The notes beneath the pieces were generated by a model that did no database searches, was not told the origin of the DNA, and saw nothing but the letters and a program-made list of their open reading frames with translations. This document shows positions 54,949 through 63,978 of a DNA stretch of 64,000 bases, one piece after another. Position 1 is the stretch's first letter; each line of letters begins with the position of its first letter. The position numbers were made by a program, and so were the translations under genes. The DNA comes from an uncultured Pseudomonadales bacterium (GTDB lineage Bacteria > Patescibacteriota > Microgenomatia > UBA1400 > PJMF01): positions 80,280 through 144,279 of the forward strand of contig CAZNOF010000003.1 of assembly GCA_964574595.1 (NCBI GenBank), given 5' to 3'.

Positions 54949-55641
54949 ATGCCAGAAAAAATTTCTTTTTCAGCAACCCCACGAACTATCCTTGGCAAAA
55001 AGAGCCATCAGTTACGTGCCACCAATCAAATTCCAGCCAACATCTCTGGTGACCTGGATAAACCAGTACCAATTGCCGTTGATAAAACAGCTTTTACCAA
55101 GCTGTACGCTAAAGTCGGTGACACGGGTCTCGTCTACTTAAAAGTAGAAGGCGAGAAAGTTGCCCGACCAGTTTTGATCAACGAAGTTCAAATCGACCCA
55201 ATCATTGCTACCATTCTTCACGTTTCTTTCCGTCAAGTAGACTTAACAGAAAAAGTGAATGCTGAAGTACCAGTTGAGTTAGTCGGTGAATTAAATGTGG
55301 ATAATGCTTTAGTTGTGACTGTGCAAGACGCTATCAAAGTTTCCGCATTACCTCAAGACTTACCAGAGAAATTTGAAATTGATATTTCACAATTTACTGA
55401 ATTCGGTCAATCAGTCACCTTTGCCCAATTGTCATACGACAAGAGTAAAGTTGAGCTCGATATCGATGAAGAGCAATTGGATACTCCAGTTGTCTTAGTC
55501 CAAGAAGTGAAAGAGCAAGTTGAAGAAGAACCAGCCGCTGAAGCCGTCGAAGGTGAAGCAGCTCCTGCAGAAGGTGCTACTCCAGCTGAAGGTGCCGATG
55601 CTGAGAAGAAACCTGCTGAAGAAGAGAAAAAAGCAGAGTAA
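54949..55641 (+). CDS. rplY: 50S ribosomal protein L25 / general stress protein Ctc, with acidic C-terminal tail
   Basis: The ATG at 54949 follows the RBS AGAGGAG (54931-54937). The L25 beta-barrel (LGKKSHQLRATNQIPANI...VYLKVEGEKVARPVLINEVQIDPI) is followed by an E/A-rich tail. Confidence 0.8.
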   Translation: MPEKISFSATPRTILGKKSHQLRATNQIPANISGDLDKPVPIAVDKTAFTKLYAKVGDTGLVYLKVEGEKVARPVLINEVQIDPIIATILHVSFRQVDLTEKVNAEVPVELVGELNVDNALVVTVQDAIKVSALPQDLPEKFEIDISQFTEFGQSVTFAQLSYDKSKVELDIDEEQLDTPVVLVQEVKEQVEEEPAAEAVEGEAAPAEGATPAEGADAEKKPAEEEKKAE

Positions 55642-55668
55642 CTGCTCTCAACCCATATTTGAAATAAG

Positions 55669-55697
55669 AAACCGCTTCCACCAGGAGGCGGTTTTTC
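55669..55697. terminator. Bidirectional rho-independent terminator between convergent rplY and the 55726 gene
   Basis: The 9-bp stem accgcttcc/ggaggcggt has an acca loop, followed by TTTTT on the plus strand and a T-rich run on the minus strand. Confidence 0.6.
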
Positions 55698-55725
55698 GTT
55701 TAAGTCAGGAGTAGAGAAGCACTCA

Positions 55726-56286
55726 TTACAAACGAACGTGGACAATTGCTCTGAGCGCTGCTCGTTTTTCTTTGGGATTTTTAAACTGATAGTGAAACTC
55801 AGCATCGCCTTGGGTAAAGTGGCTTAGGTCATATACTGCAAAACAGCTTGTTGCCATATCTTCCGAACTGCTGGTTAAGTAGTCGACTAACGAGTACTCG
55901 TCAGCCACAATATTTTGACCATCTGCTGAAAGCAAACATAACCACATCTGGTTGGGATCGATGTTTTTGTCATTTTGATCGTAATAAGTGCCTGTCTTTA
56001 AAGTGGTTTCTGCTAAAAAAGTGGGAAAGGCGGTGTAGCCAAACTCTCTGCCAAAAAGATGTTTTTTTGTTAACTCCTGCTGCAAAACTTGTTCATCAGT
56101 AGAGTTGTATCCGTCTGTTTTTGACAAATCAATTTTTAAAATAATCGGTGAATGGGTGTGTTCTGGTTTTTTCGTGACTTCCTGAGCGAATAACGCCAAG
56201 GCTGCTTGGGAAAGCAGTTTAAGCCGATACTTGATTAGTTCGGCCTTTGGGCCAAGGTATTTGGGAGCATGTTCGATAGTTGTCAT
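55726..56286 (-). CDS. Hypothetical protein (186 aa)
   Basis: The ORF has no recognisable motif. Confidence 0.4.
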   Translation of the reverse strand: MTTIEHAPKYLGPKAELIKYRLKLLSQAALALFAQEVTKKPEHTHSPIILKIDLSKTDGYNSTDEQVLQQELTKKHLFGREFGYTAFPTFLAETTLKTGTYYDQNDKNIDPNQMWLCLLSADGQNIVADEYSLVDYLTSSSEDMATSCFAVYDLSHFTQGDAEFHYQFKNPKEKRAALRAIVHVRL

Positions 56287-56321
56287 TAGGCGTGTTGTAT
56301 CACGCGAGCCATATACGTCAA

Positions 56322-56717
56322 CTAGTTTTCACGTAAGTTCTGATGATTGGGATCAATTAGGACAGCTTTTTCCCGATATGCTTTCGCAAGTTTTAAATCA
56401 CCTTTGGATTGATAAATCAAGCTAATATTTATAAGTATATCTCTGCTGGTTGGCTGTTTCTTTAAGGCATTAAGCCAAAAGGCAAGTTGTTGATCCTGTT
56501 TTGTTTGGGCAGCAGTCTGGTTTGCTATGGCCGTATTGGCAGCAGAAACGCTCAATTTCTGGGTTTCTAGGTGAGACAGACCAATCAGCAACAACAGACA
56601 AATGACGGCTAAAAAAACTGCATAAAATGACAAGAATAGGATGAACATTCTCACCAGAGAAGTGAGCTGCTTTAAAATCAAGTTCGCAAAGAAATAAAGG
56701 TTTTTGAAAATCTGCAC
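56322..56717 (-). CDS. Small membrane protein with TPR-like C-terminal helix pair
   Basis: An N-terminal TM is followed by a C-terminus, ISLIYQSKGDLKLAKAYREKAVLIDPNH, that is TPR-like. Confidence 0.35.
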   Translation of the reverse strand: MQIFKNLYFFANLILKQLTSLVRMFILFLSFYAVFLAVICLLLLIGLSHLETQKLSVSAANTAIANQTAAQTKQDQQLAFWLNALKKQPTSRDILINISLIYQSKGDLKLAKAYREKAVLIDPNHQNLREN

Positions 56718-56725
56718 GTTGGTTA

Positions 56726-58978
56726 TTATGCGGCAACCGTGGTTGGCCAGCTAGCAGTGATTAATTGAGGCTCGGTGACATCTTTAAGATCTTGCCAGAT
56801 AGCTTCAGTCACAAATGGCATGAATGGATGGAAGAGTTTTAACCAGATCTTTAATCCCGCCAAGAGAGCTTCTTTAGATACTTTGCCAGATTTGGCTTGT
56901 TCAATTGCTTCATCACAGTACCAATGCCAAAACTCGTTGTATGCCGTATCTGCTGCCATGCCCAATTTATAGTCGTTCAGTTGTTGCGTGACATCGGTAA
57001 TTACTTGGTTCAACTTGGTATAGAAAGCCGTGTCGTCTGCCTGGCTATCGTCAGTTTCCATCATTTGAACATATCTAGCCGCGTTCCAAATTTTATTGGT
57101 TAAGTTACGCATGGCTTTAAAGTCGCCTTCACCCACAGATTTATCTAATCCGGCGGTGGAGCGAATCACCATGGCCATACGTAATGCATCGGCGCCAAAC
57201 TTCTCGATAATCTCAAGTGGATTGATGACATTGCCTTTACTTTTACTCATTTTTTTGCCATTTTGATCGCGGACCAAACCATGCATGTACACGTTGGTGA
57301 AAGGAACGTTGCCCGTTTTAAACAAGCCCATCATTAACATACGCATTACCCAAAAGGGGAGAATGTCGTACCCAGTTTCCATGACTTGAGTTGGATAGAA
57401 CCTCTTGAAGTCTGCGTCGCTGTTGGCGAGCAGTGTTACAAACGGCCATTGAGATGAACTAAACCAAGTGTCAAAAGTATCTGTTTCTTGAATGAAATGC
57501 TCCCCAGGAGATGAAGTGGAAACCTCATACTTGGCGGAAATTGGAGCACTTAACTGCTGGAGGTTCTGGGCAATGAAATCGAGCTTGTAGGTCTTTAAAA
57601 GTTCGCCCACTTTGCCAGTCACGCGCTGTTTTTCTTCATTTAAGAAGGTGACTTCTAGTTCTGGACTGACCTTGGTGTCATACCAAATTGGCATGCGAAT
57701 ACCCCAAACAATTTGTCTGGAAATATTCCAATCCTTCAAGTTTTCTAGCCAATGTTTCAAAATTTTGTCATGACCCGCGCCAATGACGGTGACTTCACCT
57801 TTGTCTAAGGCAGCTAAGGCCTTTTCAGTAAGTGGTTTTACCTTGATAAAGAACTGAGGCATTGGAAGTGGTTCAATCGTAGTGCCACATCTGTAACAAA
57901 CGGAGATGGTGTGGTTATACTTCTCGTCAACTTTGACCAAGATGCCATCTTCCTTCATGTCTTCAATCATTAATTTTCTGGCTTCTAGAACTTTTTTGCC
58001 ATGATACTTCTTGGCGCGGTCTTGGAATTTTTGTGGTTTCTTCTCAAAATCAGGATCATTAAGGAACCAGCTAAAGTCCATCTTGCCCATGAAATCAATA
58101 ATAGGGGTGACTGGCAAGTGATAGCGTTGACCAAGTTCAAAGTCATGTGCGTCATGAGCTGGAGTGACCTTCATGATGCCCGTTCCAAAAGCTGGATCTA
58201 CGCCTTCATCAGCCACGACTTTAAGGGTGATTTTGCCAATCAAGCCATCAACATCTAAGGTTTTCCCAATCCAGTCTTTATATCTTGGGTCTGTCGGATT
58301 TACTGCGAGAGCGGTGTCTCTGAATTTGGTTTCTGGGCGGACAGTCGCAATCGTAAATGGCCCGTACTTTAAGTAGTACATGGGGTCGATTTGTTCTTTG
58401 TGATCAATCTCCAGATCTGAATAGGCGGTTCCACACTTGGTGCAGTAGTTTACTAATCGATAGTCTCGATACACTAACTCTTTTTTATGGAGTTCGCCGA
58501 ATGTTTCTAAAACAATTTTGACAACTTTAGGATCGAGTGTGAAGGTAAACCGACTCCAATCTGCACTTGAACCCATTTTTTTCAATTGATTAACGGCAGT
58601 GTCTGAGTTCTCTTGCACGTAATCCCAGATCATTTTGTACAGGGTTTCGCGGTCAAAGTTAAAGCGACTTTTGTCTTGTTTCTTGAGTTTTCGTTCAAAA
58701 ACAAACTGAGTCTCAATACCGGCATGATCGGTTCCTGGAATCCATAAGGCGTCATCACCCAACATGCGGTGGTAACGGATCATGATGTCTTCAAGAGAGA
58801 CAAACATGGCGTGACCAATGTGCAGCGGGTCGTTGGCATTTGGTGGTGGCATCACAATTGTGAATGGCTTACCAGTTGGCTGTTTGTGTAGTTTAGAGTC
58901 AGGATTGAAGGCGCCGCTTTTTTCCCAAGCAGCGTAAATCTGATTTTCGTATTCGGCTGAGTTATATGTCTTGTCCAT
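56726..58978 (-). CDS. valS: Valine--tRNA ligase (short form lacking C-terminal coiled-coil domain)
   Basis: The class I HIGH motif PPPNANDPLHIGHAM and the KMSKSKGN motif are present. WNISRQIVWGIRMPIW resembles the ValRS WCISRQ region. At 750 aa it is short for a ValRS. Confidence 0.7.
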   Translation of the reverse strand: MDKTYNSAEYENQIYAAWEKSGAFNPDSKLHKQPTGKPFTIVMPPPNANDPLHIGHAMFVSLEDIMIRYHRMLGDDALWIPGTDHAGIETQFVFERKLKKQDKSRFNFDRETLYKMIWDYVQENSDTAVNQLKKMGSSADWSRFTFTLDPKVVKIVLETFGELHKKELVYRDYRLVNYCTKCGTAYSDLEIDHKEQIDPMYYLKYGPFTIATVRPETKFRDTALAVNPTDPRYKDWIGKTLDVDGLIGKITLKVVADEGVDPAFGTGIMKVTPAHDAHDFELGQRYHLPVTPIIDFMGKMDFSWFLNDPDFEKKPQKFQDRAKKYHGKKVLEARKLMIEDMKEDGILVKVDEKYNHTISVCYRCGTTIEPLPMPQFFIKVKPLTEKALAALDKGEVTVIGAGHDKILKHWLENLKDWNISRQIVWGIRMPIWYDTKVSPELEVTFLNEEKQRVTGKVGELLKTYKLDFIAQNLQQLSAPISAKYEVSTSSPGEHFIQETDTFDTWFSSSQWPFVTLLANSDADFKRFYPTQVMETGYDILPFWVMRMLMMGLFKTGNVPFTNVYMHGLVRDQNGKKMSKSKGNVINPLEIIEKFGADALRMAMVIRSTAGLDKSVGEGDFKAMRNLTNKIWNAARYVQMMETDDSQADDTAFYTKLNQVITDVTQQLNDYKLGMAADTAYNEFWHWYCDEAIEQAKSGKVSKEALLAGLKIWLKLFHPFMPFVTEAIWQDLKDVTEPQLITASWPTTVAA

Positions 58979-59002
58979 ATCGAGAAATTATACCAGAGAA
59001 AG

Positions 59003-60793
59003 TTATTCGTAGTTACGTCTGTCACCATAACGAGAAATTTGCAAATCAAGCCCACCAGTCTCATCGTAGATGGCGGTCACTTTAGGGACTCCATACTCTT
59101 TGTTTTGTTTAATGACTTCGTTTAAGAAACGTGCTCTTTTCTCTTCAGGCACAAAACTGTAGATAATTGCTTGGCCGAGACTAATTCCCCATTGTGGCAG
59201 CACCAGATTAAAATCGACTCCTGGTTCTCTCAATCCTAGTTCCTGAGTTAACCCAATGAGTTTATCACCGCAGAGGTTCGCTAAGGAAAAATTCGGATCT
59301 GGTTCAAGTAAGTAATAGGTATTCTTGACACTCAAGTCTTGGCCAACTTCTTCTGATTTCACTTCTTTGACTGTGCAGCCAATGAGTTGTCCCAACTTCT
59401 CTAGCTGCTCTTTGTTCACAATCATTCGGTGGAAGAAATGCTTGCCATTTGGGCTGTCATAGATCATTTTGGCTTTTTGAGGCGTGACGCCTTTTTCAGT
59501 CAGTCTCTTTTCAAGACGAGATGCCAAGTCTGCATATACTCCATAAGATGGGTCTGGGTAGTCAATCAACCAGGTTTTTACGGTCCCCATCATCTGGGAA
59601 AGTGCCACCAACAGTTTCTCTTGAGAGTTAGCATGGGGAAGTGACCGACCTAGACAAATTCCAATATCTTGATCTGGGATGCTAAGTGAGGTGAGCTCGT
59701 CCCAGCGGCCTTGGATGGCAGTGGCTCGATCTTTAAAAGTCTCTTTCAATTTTGACAGAATTTCAAATAAAGCTGGTTGTGGCTCAACAGAGGTAACATG
59801 ACCACAGTCAGCTTCAAGGAGTGCTTTTGAGACCCGACCAAAGCCGGCGGCTAACTCCAAGACTTTCGCGTCTTTTAAATCTATGTTCAACTCTTCTTTT
59901 AAGATCTTGGCAACCAAGTTGACTTCGTTCTTTGTTACTTCAGATTCATAATGTTTTAAGAAATCCTCAAGCGATTTATTGTAAACTTCATCGAGTTCTG
60001 CCATTACTTCCATGACCTCTTGGCCACTAAACTCTTCAAATAACTGTTTGATCTTGGTATTGTCTCTAGCTAATGGGGAAAGAACCTCAATAAACTGAAT
60101 GTACCCAAAAGCATTGATATATTGAACGGCATAGTCGTTTAACTCCTTAGGAGTTAATGTCTCTTCAAGAAAAATCTGATTTGCGATGCGTGCCTCGTTT
60201 GACGAGAGGAGGTAGTGAAGCGTCTGCTGTAGATACTGGGCGTTTCCATCTTTGAGTGCACAAAAAATTCCTGTTTCAATTACCGGTGATTGTTGTTCAG
60301 AAAGAGCATCATATCGTTCCTGATTTAATTGAGTTCTTTCGGGAATTTGTACCTCAATATTGATAGCTTCTGTCCAAAGCTGATATGCCAAGAACTCCGT
60401 CAGGAGGTACTTCTCTTTAAAGTTACTATTCCCCAGAAGTTCTTCAACAAGTTTGGGTTGTCTGAGGATTTTTTTTAGTCTTTGGTGAATAAGATCTTTC
60501 TTACTATCCCAAAATTTGTTGTATGCGGGATCCACCTGGTTTGGATTCTTGCTGCCTTCTTCTTGTGCGTTTGCGAATTTCCAGCAACTGAGTACTATTC
60601 CCAGTGAATCGAGCTCTGATTGGGTCCACATCTCTCTAGAGAAGACCGCATTTTGCAATTCGTGTTCTGCCTGAGCGTAGACAGCTTGGTATTTTTGCCA
60701 AAGATCTGGAGATAGAGTGTTTGGACGTTTGTCTTCCTGATTGCTTTGGGGGATTGTCAGAACTTCGAGATTTTCACCTGTTTGCATAAGCAA
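59003..60793 (-). CDS. Hypothetical protein with C-terminal class I SAM-dependent methyltransferase-like domain
   Basis: Motif I, VLELAAGFGRVSKAL, lies in the C-terminal third. The N-terminal ~300 aa are unassigned. Confidence 0.45.
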   Translation of the reverse strand: MLMQTGENLEVLTIPQSNQEDKRPNTLSPDLWQKYQAVYAQAEHELQNAVFSREMWTQSELDSLGIVLSCWKFANAQEEGSKNPNQVDPAYNKFWDSKKDLIHQRLKKILRQPKLVEELLGNSNFKEKYLLTEFLAYQLWTEAINIEVQIPERTQLNQERYDALSEQQSPVIETGIFCALKDGNAQYLQQTLHYLLSSNEARIANQIFLEETLTPKELNDYAVQYINAFGYIQFIEVLSPLARDNTKIKQLFEEFSGQEVMEVMAELDEVYNKSLEDFLKHYESEVTKNEVNLVAKILKEELNIDLKDAKVLELAAGFGRVSKALLEADCGHVTSVEPQPALFEILSKLKETFKDRATAIQGRWDELTSLSIPDQDIGICLGRSLPHANSQEKLLVALSQMMGTVKTWLIDYPDPSYGVYADLASRLEKRLTEKGVTPQKAKMIYDSPNGKHFFHRMIVNKEQLEKLGQLIGCTVKEVKSEEVGQDLSVKNTYYLLEPDPNFSLANLCGDKLIGLTQELGLREPGVDFNLVLPQWGISLGQAIIYSFVPEEKRARFLNEVIKQNKEYGVPKVTAIYDETGGLDLQISRYGDRRNYE

Positions 60794-60809
60794 ATCTAGT
60801 ATTGCACAG

Positions 60810-61580
60810 TTAGGAAAGTTTTTGCCAAGTTAATTCAAACCAAGATCGAAATGTGTTGGCAATTACTGAGTTATTAATAATAATGCCCACGAGTTGGGTG
60901 CCTTTTCGATGATTGATAATCGAAACTTTTGAGCCATAAATATTGATTTCGTTCTGAAATGGGAACTTGTCTTTATCAATCACTTTCGTCTCACGAAGCT
61001 CCTTTTCATTTAACTCAACATATTTTTCTGTTTTTGAACCGGAAGCCACAATAGAGCGAACAGATAATCCATGTTTAACGCGCTCAATCGCGTAATTCTT
61101 GGTTACCCACTCATAAATCTCTTGATCTACAGCAGATGTTTCAACCAGGGCTAAAATTGGCTGATTTTCCCTCAAGGTGTCCAGGTACACCTTCTTTATG
61201 CCTTCTACGCCCTCATAGTAGGTAACTACCGGTTTGTTCTCGAGTAGAGAGTACTTTGAGGCGAGGGTGGGTAAGAGAGCCTCCAGGCTGGATTCAGCAG
61301 CCTCTGCCTGTTCTTTTTTTGCCTGCGCCAAGCGCATGAGTCTTTCTGGAGATTCGGTAATAAAAACAGTGGCTTTTCCACGCTTTTCCGCCTGGATTAA
61401 GCCTAGTTTGATGAGCTCTGCGGTGAGGGTATAGACATAGGTTCTCTTGACCTTCGTGCTTTTGGCCAGATCAGAGGCAGATTGAGCACCATTTTCGAGT
61501 AAAGACTCATAAATATCGATTTGATCTGGAGAAAGACCAAGAGAGATGAGCAGATTTCTAAACATACCTCCAGTATGCAC
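60810..61580 (-). CDS. TrmB-family transcriptional regulator (N-terminal wHTH + C-terminal TrmB domain)
   Basis: The N-terminus reads LGLSPDQIDIYESLLENGAQSASDLAKSTKVKRTYVYTLTAELIKLGLI. The alternative ATG start at 61565 is more likely than the GTG at 61580. Confidence 0.6.
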   Translation of the reverse strand: MHTGGMFRNLLISLGLSPDQIDIYESLLENGAQSASDLAKSTKVKRTYVYTLTAELIKLGLIQAEKRGKATVFITESPERLMRLAQAKKEQAEAAESSLEALLPTLASKYSLLENKPVVTYYEGVEGIKKVYLDTLRENQPILALVETSAVDQEIYEWVTKNYAIERVKHGLSVRSIVASGSKTEKYVELNEKELRETKVIDKDKFPFQNEINIYGSKVSIINHRKGTQLVGIIINNSVIANTFRSWFELTWQKLS

Positions 61581-61592
61581 GATTTATAACTC

Positions 61593-61612
61593 CTGTCAAT
61601 TATCACTGACAG
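61593..61612. promoter_or_regulatory. 20-bp palindrome CTGTCAATTATCACTGACAG directly upstream of the TrmB-like regulator gene; candidate autoregulatory operator
   Basis: The 8-bp arms ctgtcaat/actgacag have one mismatch and are separated by tatc. Confidence 0.4.
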
Positions 61613-61703
61613 TATTTTAGTATCGGTGTAAGTAAAATTTGCGTTGTCAAATATTATTAACAGCAATGGTTATTACTAGATATAAATCAGGTGTCTATAA
61701 CTA

Positions 61704-61732
61704 TTGACAATCCTATAATAATATACTATACT
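61704..61732 (+). promoter_or_regulatory. Sigma70-like promoter (TTGACA-17-TATACT) pointing toward the structured leader and the 62087 gene
   Basis: The exact -35 hexamer lies at 61704-61709, with a 17-nt spacer and a -10 TATACT at 61727-61732. Confidence 0.45.
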
Positions 61733-62086
61733 ACCCTCATTCTGATACGAAAGTGTCAGAGAACTTTAACAACTTGGTCATAACACTGCTTTTTAAAAAA
61801 TGCAGTAAATAGTAACTAAGTAGAAACGTACAGATCTGTCGGACATTTGTCGGAACAGACGAGTAAGTCTCTGCTTCTCTATAAACAAGACATGTTTCCT
61901 AAAGAAACATTTCCACTTATTTGTCTAACAAGACTTCTAGGTGGGGAAAAGCATTCCGCGGAATTTTTTTCCCCACTTCTTAGAACGTAAATGGCAGTGT
62001 TATGACCAAGGGATCTTTAAAAATTAAACACGAACAAATTTCAAACTCTGAGTTGGTGGCTACTTTTGGTTTCTTGAGAAAAGAAA

Positions 62087-63382
62087 TTGAAAGTGGCTGC
62101 CAACTCTGGTAGTCAAGGATTATTCCTACTCATATATCTAAATGGAGAAGACAAAGTGAAGAAGCTCGTGAACCTGACCCCGCATGTGCTTAATGTTTGC
62201 AATGCAGACGGACAATTAGTTACGTCGATTGCACCAACAGCCCCCGCCGCGCGATGCACGACCAAAACCTCGCAAATTGGTGAGCAAGATGGCATTCCAT
62301 TTTTTGCCACGACATTTGGTGAAATTTTGGACCTCCCTCCGGAAACCGAAAACACTGTTTTCATTGTCTCGTTGGTTGTGCGCCAAGCTGCCCCTGATCG
62401 TCTGGATCTGGCAAGTCCCGGTGAACTCATCCGCGATGATAATGGCCAGCCGAAAGGCTGCAAGGGACTGGCGATGAATGTGCCGGTCTCCGATGTAAAG
62501 CCAACAGTGGCTAACTTCCCGGTTACATTGGAAGAAGTGAAACGGCTCATGGAGCTGGTTGCATACGCAGATAATACTGCGTGCTACTTTTCTTACCCAG
62601 CTTTGGGCGGGGAGGATATCCAGCTTCTGGTAGAACTCCAGCGTCGGTTAGGGTATTCGTTAAAGGTTCATCCTAATGTTGGATCCTACGAAAAGGCGCT
62701 TGAGCGTTTGAAACTCGAAGTTCCGGCATCCCCGATTATCAGACCGTACGTTAGCCCGGAAGAAGCCATTCGCCTAATGAATTTGGTGGCGCTCGGTGAG
62801 GACTACGCCACATTCAGTGGTGTGCCGATGTTGACTGGGGAAGATGTTGGGTTCTTGGCCGAACTTCAGAGTCGTTTGGGTGTGGAAAGCCTGAAAGGGT
62901 ATTCACGCACCAAGACGTACACTCAAGAAGCAGTTCCTGCACCTAACTCATTACCGCAAGTTTCCATCCCAGAAGTCATTCGTTTGATGAACTTGGTAGC
63001 CTTTGCCGACTCGACAGCTGCCAATTACTCATCTTATGCGCTGGGCAACGGCAAGAGCAAGGATGTTCAATTTATGGCAGAGCTGCAACAGCGGCTCGGA
63101 GTATCCACGCTGAACGGTCTTCGCGATCTCTCCTACGTCGATATGGTGAAGGAAGAAGGAATCGAAGTTCCCCCTCGCCAACCGGCGCAATTTATCTCTC
63201 AGGCCGAAGTCCGTAAGCTTCTGATGATCCTGTACTCGGTTGAAAATCAGGCCTTGAATCAAATGACCACCCCGGTCTTGTCCCAAAAGGACGTAGAACT
63301 GCTGGCTAAAATTGAGGAAATGGCCGGCATTGCCTCAGAAATTCGTGTTTATGCCAAACGGGCCTCAAAACCCGCTCAGTAA
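62087..63382 (+). CDS. Hypothetical protein built of four ~70-aa tandem repeats (motif hRLMNLVAxxDxxA...G.ED..FLAELQxRLGV)
   Basis: The repeats begin at VKRLMELVAYADNTA, AIRLMNLVALGEDYA, VIRLMNLVAFADSTA and VRKLLMILYSVENQA. The likely true start is the GTG at about 62155, after GGAGAAGACAAA. Confidence 0.5.
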   Translation: MKVAANSGSQGLFLLIYLNGEDKVKKLVNLTPHVLNVCNADGQLVTSIAPTAPAARCTTKTSQIGEQDGIPFFATTFGEILDLPPETENTVFIVSLVVRQAAPDRLDLASPGELIRDDNGQPKGCKGLAMNVPVSDVKPTVANFPVTLEEVKRLMELVAYADNTACYFSYPALGGEDIQLLVELQRRLGYSLKVHPNVGSYEKALERLKLEVPASPIIRPYVSPEEAIRLMNLVALGEDYATFSGVPMLTGEDVGFLAELQSRLGVESLKGYSRTKTYTQEAVPAPNSLPQVSIPEVIRLMNLVAFADSTAANYSSYALGNGKSKDVQFMAELQQRLGVSTLNGLRDLSYVDMVKEEGIEVPPRQPAQFISQAEVRKLLMILYSVENQALNQMTTPVLSQKDVELLAKIEEMAGIASEIRVYAKRASKPAQ

Positions 63383-63534
63383 AGATCCTGCTTGCTTCAG
63401 CCGAGAGTCTGAGGCAAGAGTAATTGAAACTCTCGTCTTGTTTGAATAAAAATTCCGGAAGTGTACTACATGTCTTGTTAGTGCCTTCCGGTTTTTTTTG
63501 CCAATTTTGAGGTTGTTTTGGAGATATTGATCAA

Positions 63535-63978
63535 CTACCCAGTTCCCACTAAGAAAACCGCTTGCCAAGCTTTGTAGTTAGAAAAGTAGGTGTCGCGGCG
63601 GAGTTCTTTACCATCTTTATCTTTAATGACGTTGGTGAAGCTGGACTTAATCCCGCCGGCAGCGAAGTCCACTTGCTTAGTAGTGCCTTTAGGAAGCGTT
63701 GGATCTTCTTGATATCGTGGAGCGGGAGCGGAAACTGCATCCCAAGTTTTATGATCGACAATTTGGGTGGTTCGGCCATCAGATGTGCCAAAGATCTCTA
63801 CCGCTAAATACAACGCTTTGGGGTTGTTCTCAGTGTGAATCAGAATGTCGTGACCAGTGTCATTAATAAATCGCAAATCTACCTCTCCCGCGTAGACAGT
63901 GGCATCAATTCCTGGTTTGGAGTTAAGTTCGTAGTAACTGACACGATAACTATGGGGAATTCTTTTGGTGACTTTCAA
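63535..63978 (-). CDS. Hypothetical protein, probably N-terminally incomplete because the window ends
   Basis: The reading frame stays open upstream to the window edge at 64000. No motif is recognised. Confidence 0.3.
   Translation of the reverse strand: MKVTKRIPHSYRVSYYELNSKPGIDATVYAGEVDLRFINDTGHDILIHTENNPKALYLAVEIFGTSDGRTTQIVDHKTWDAVSAPAPRYQEDPTLPKGTTKQVDFAAGGIKSSFTNVIKDKDGKELRRDTYFSNYKAWQAVFLVGTG

Noticed and set aside
61941-61976. 36-nt palindrome as an intrinsic terminator
   Set aside because: The U-run is inside the predicted stem rather than following it. It is more likely a protein-binding palindrome or part of a larger RNA structure.
61773-62010. Calling the inverted-repeat-bounded segment an insertion sequence
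   Set aside because: No transposase ORF lies inside and only 204 bp is enclosed. It is kept as a MITE or structured-RNA hypothesis only.
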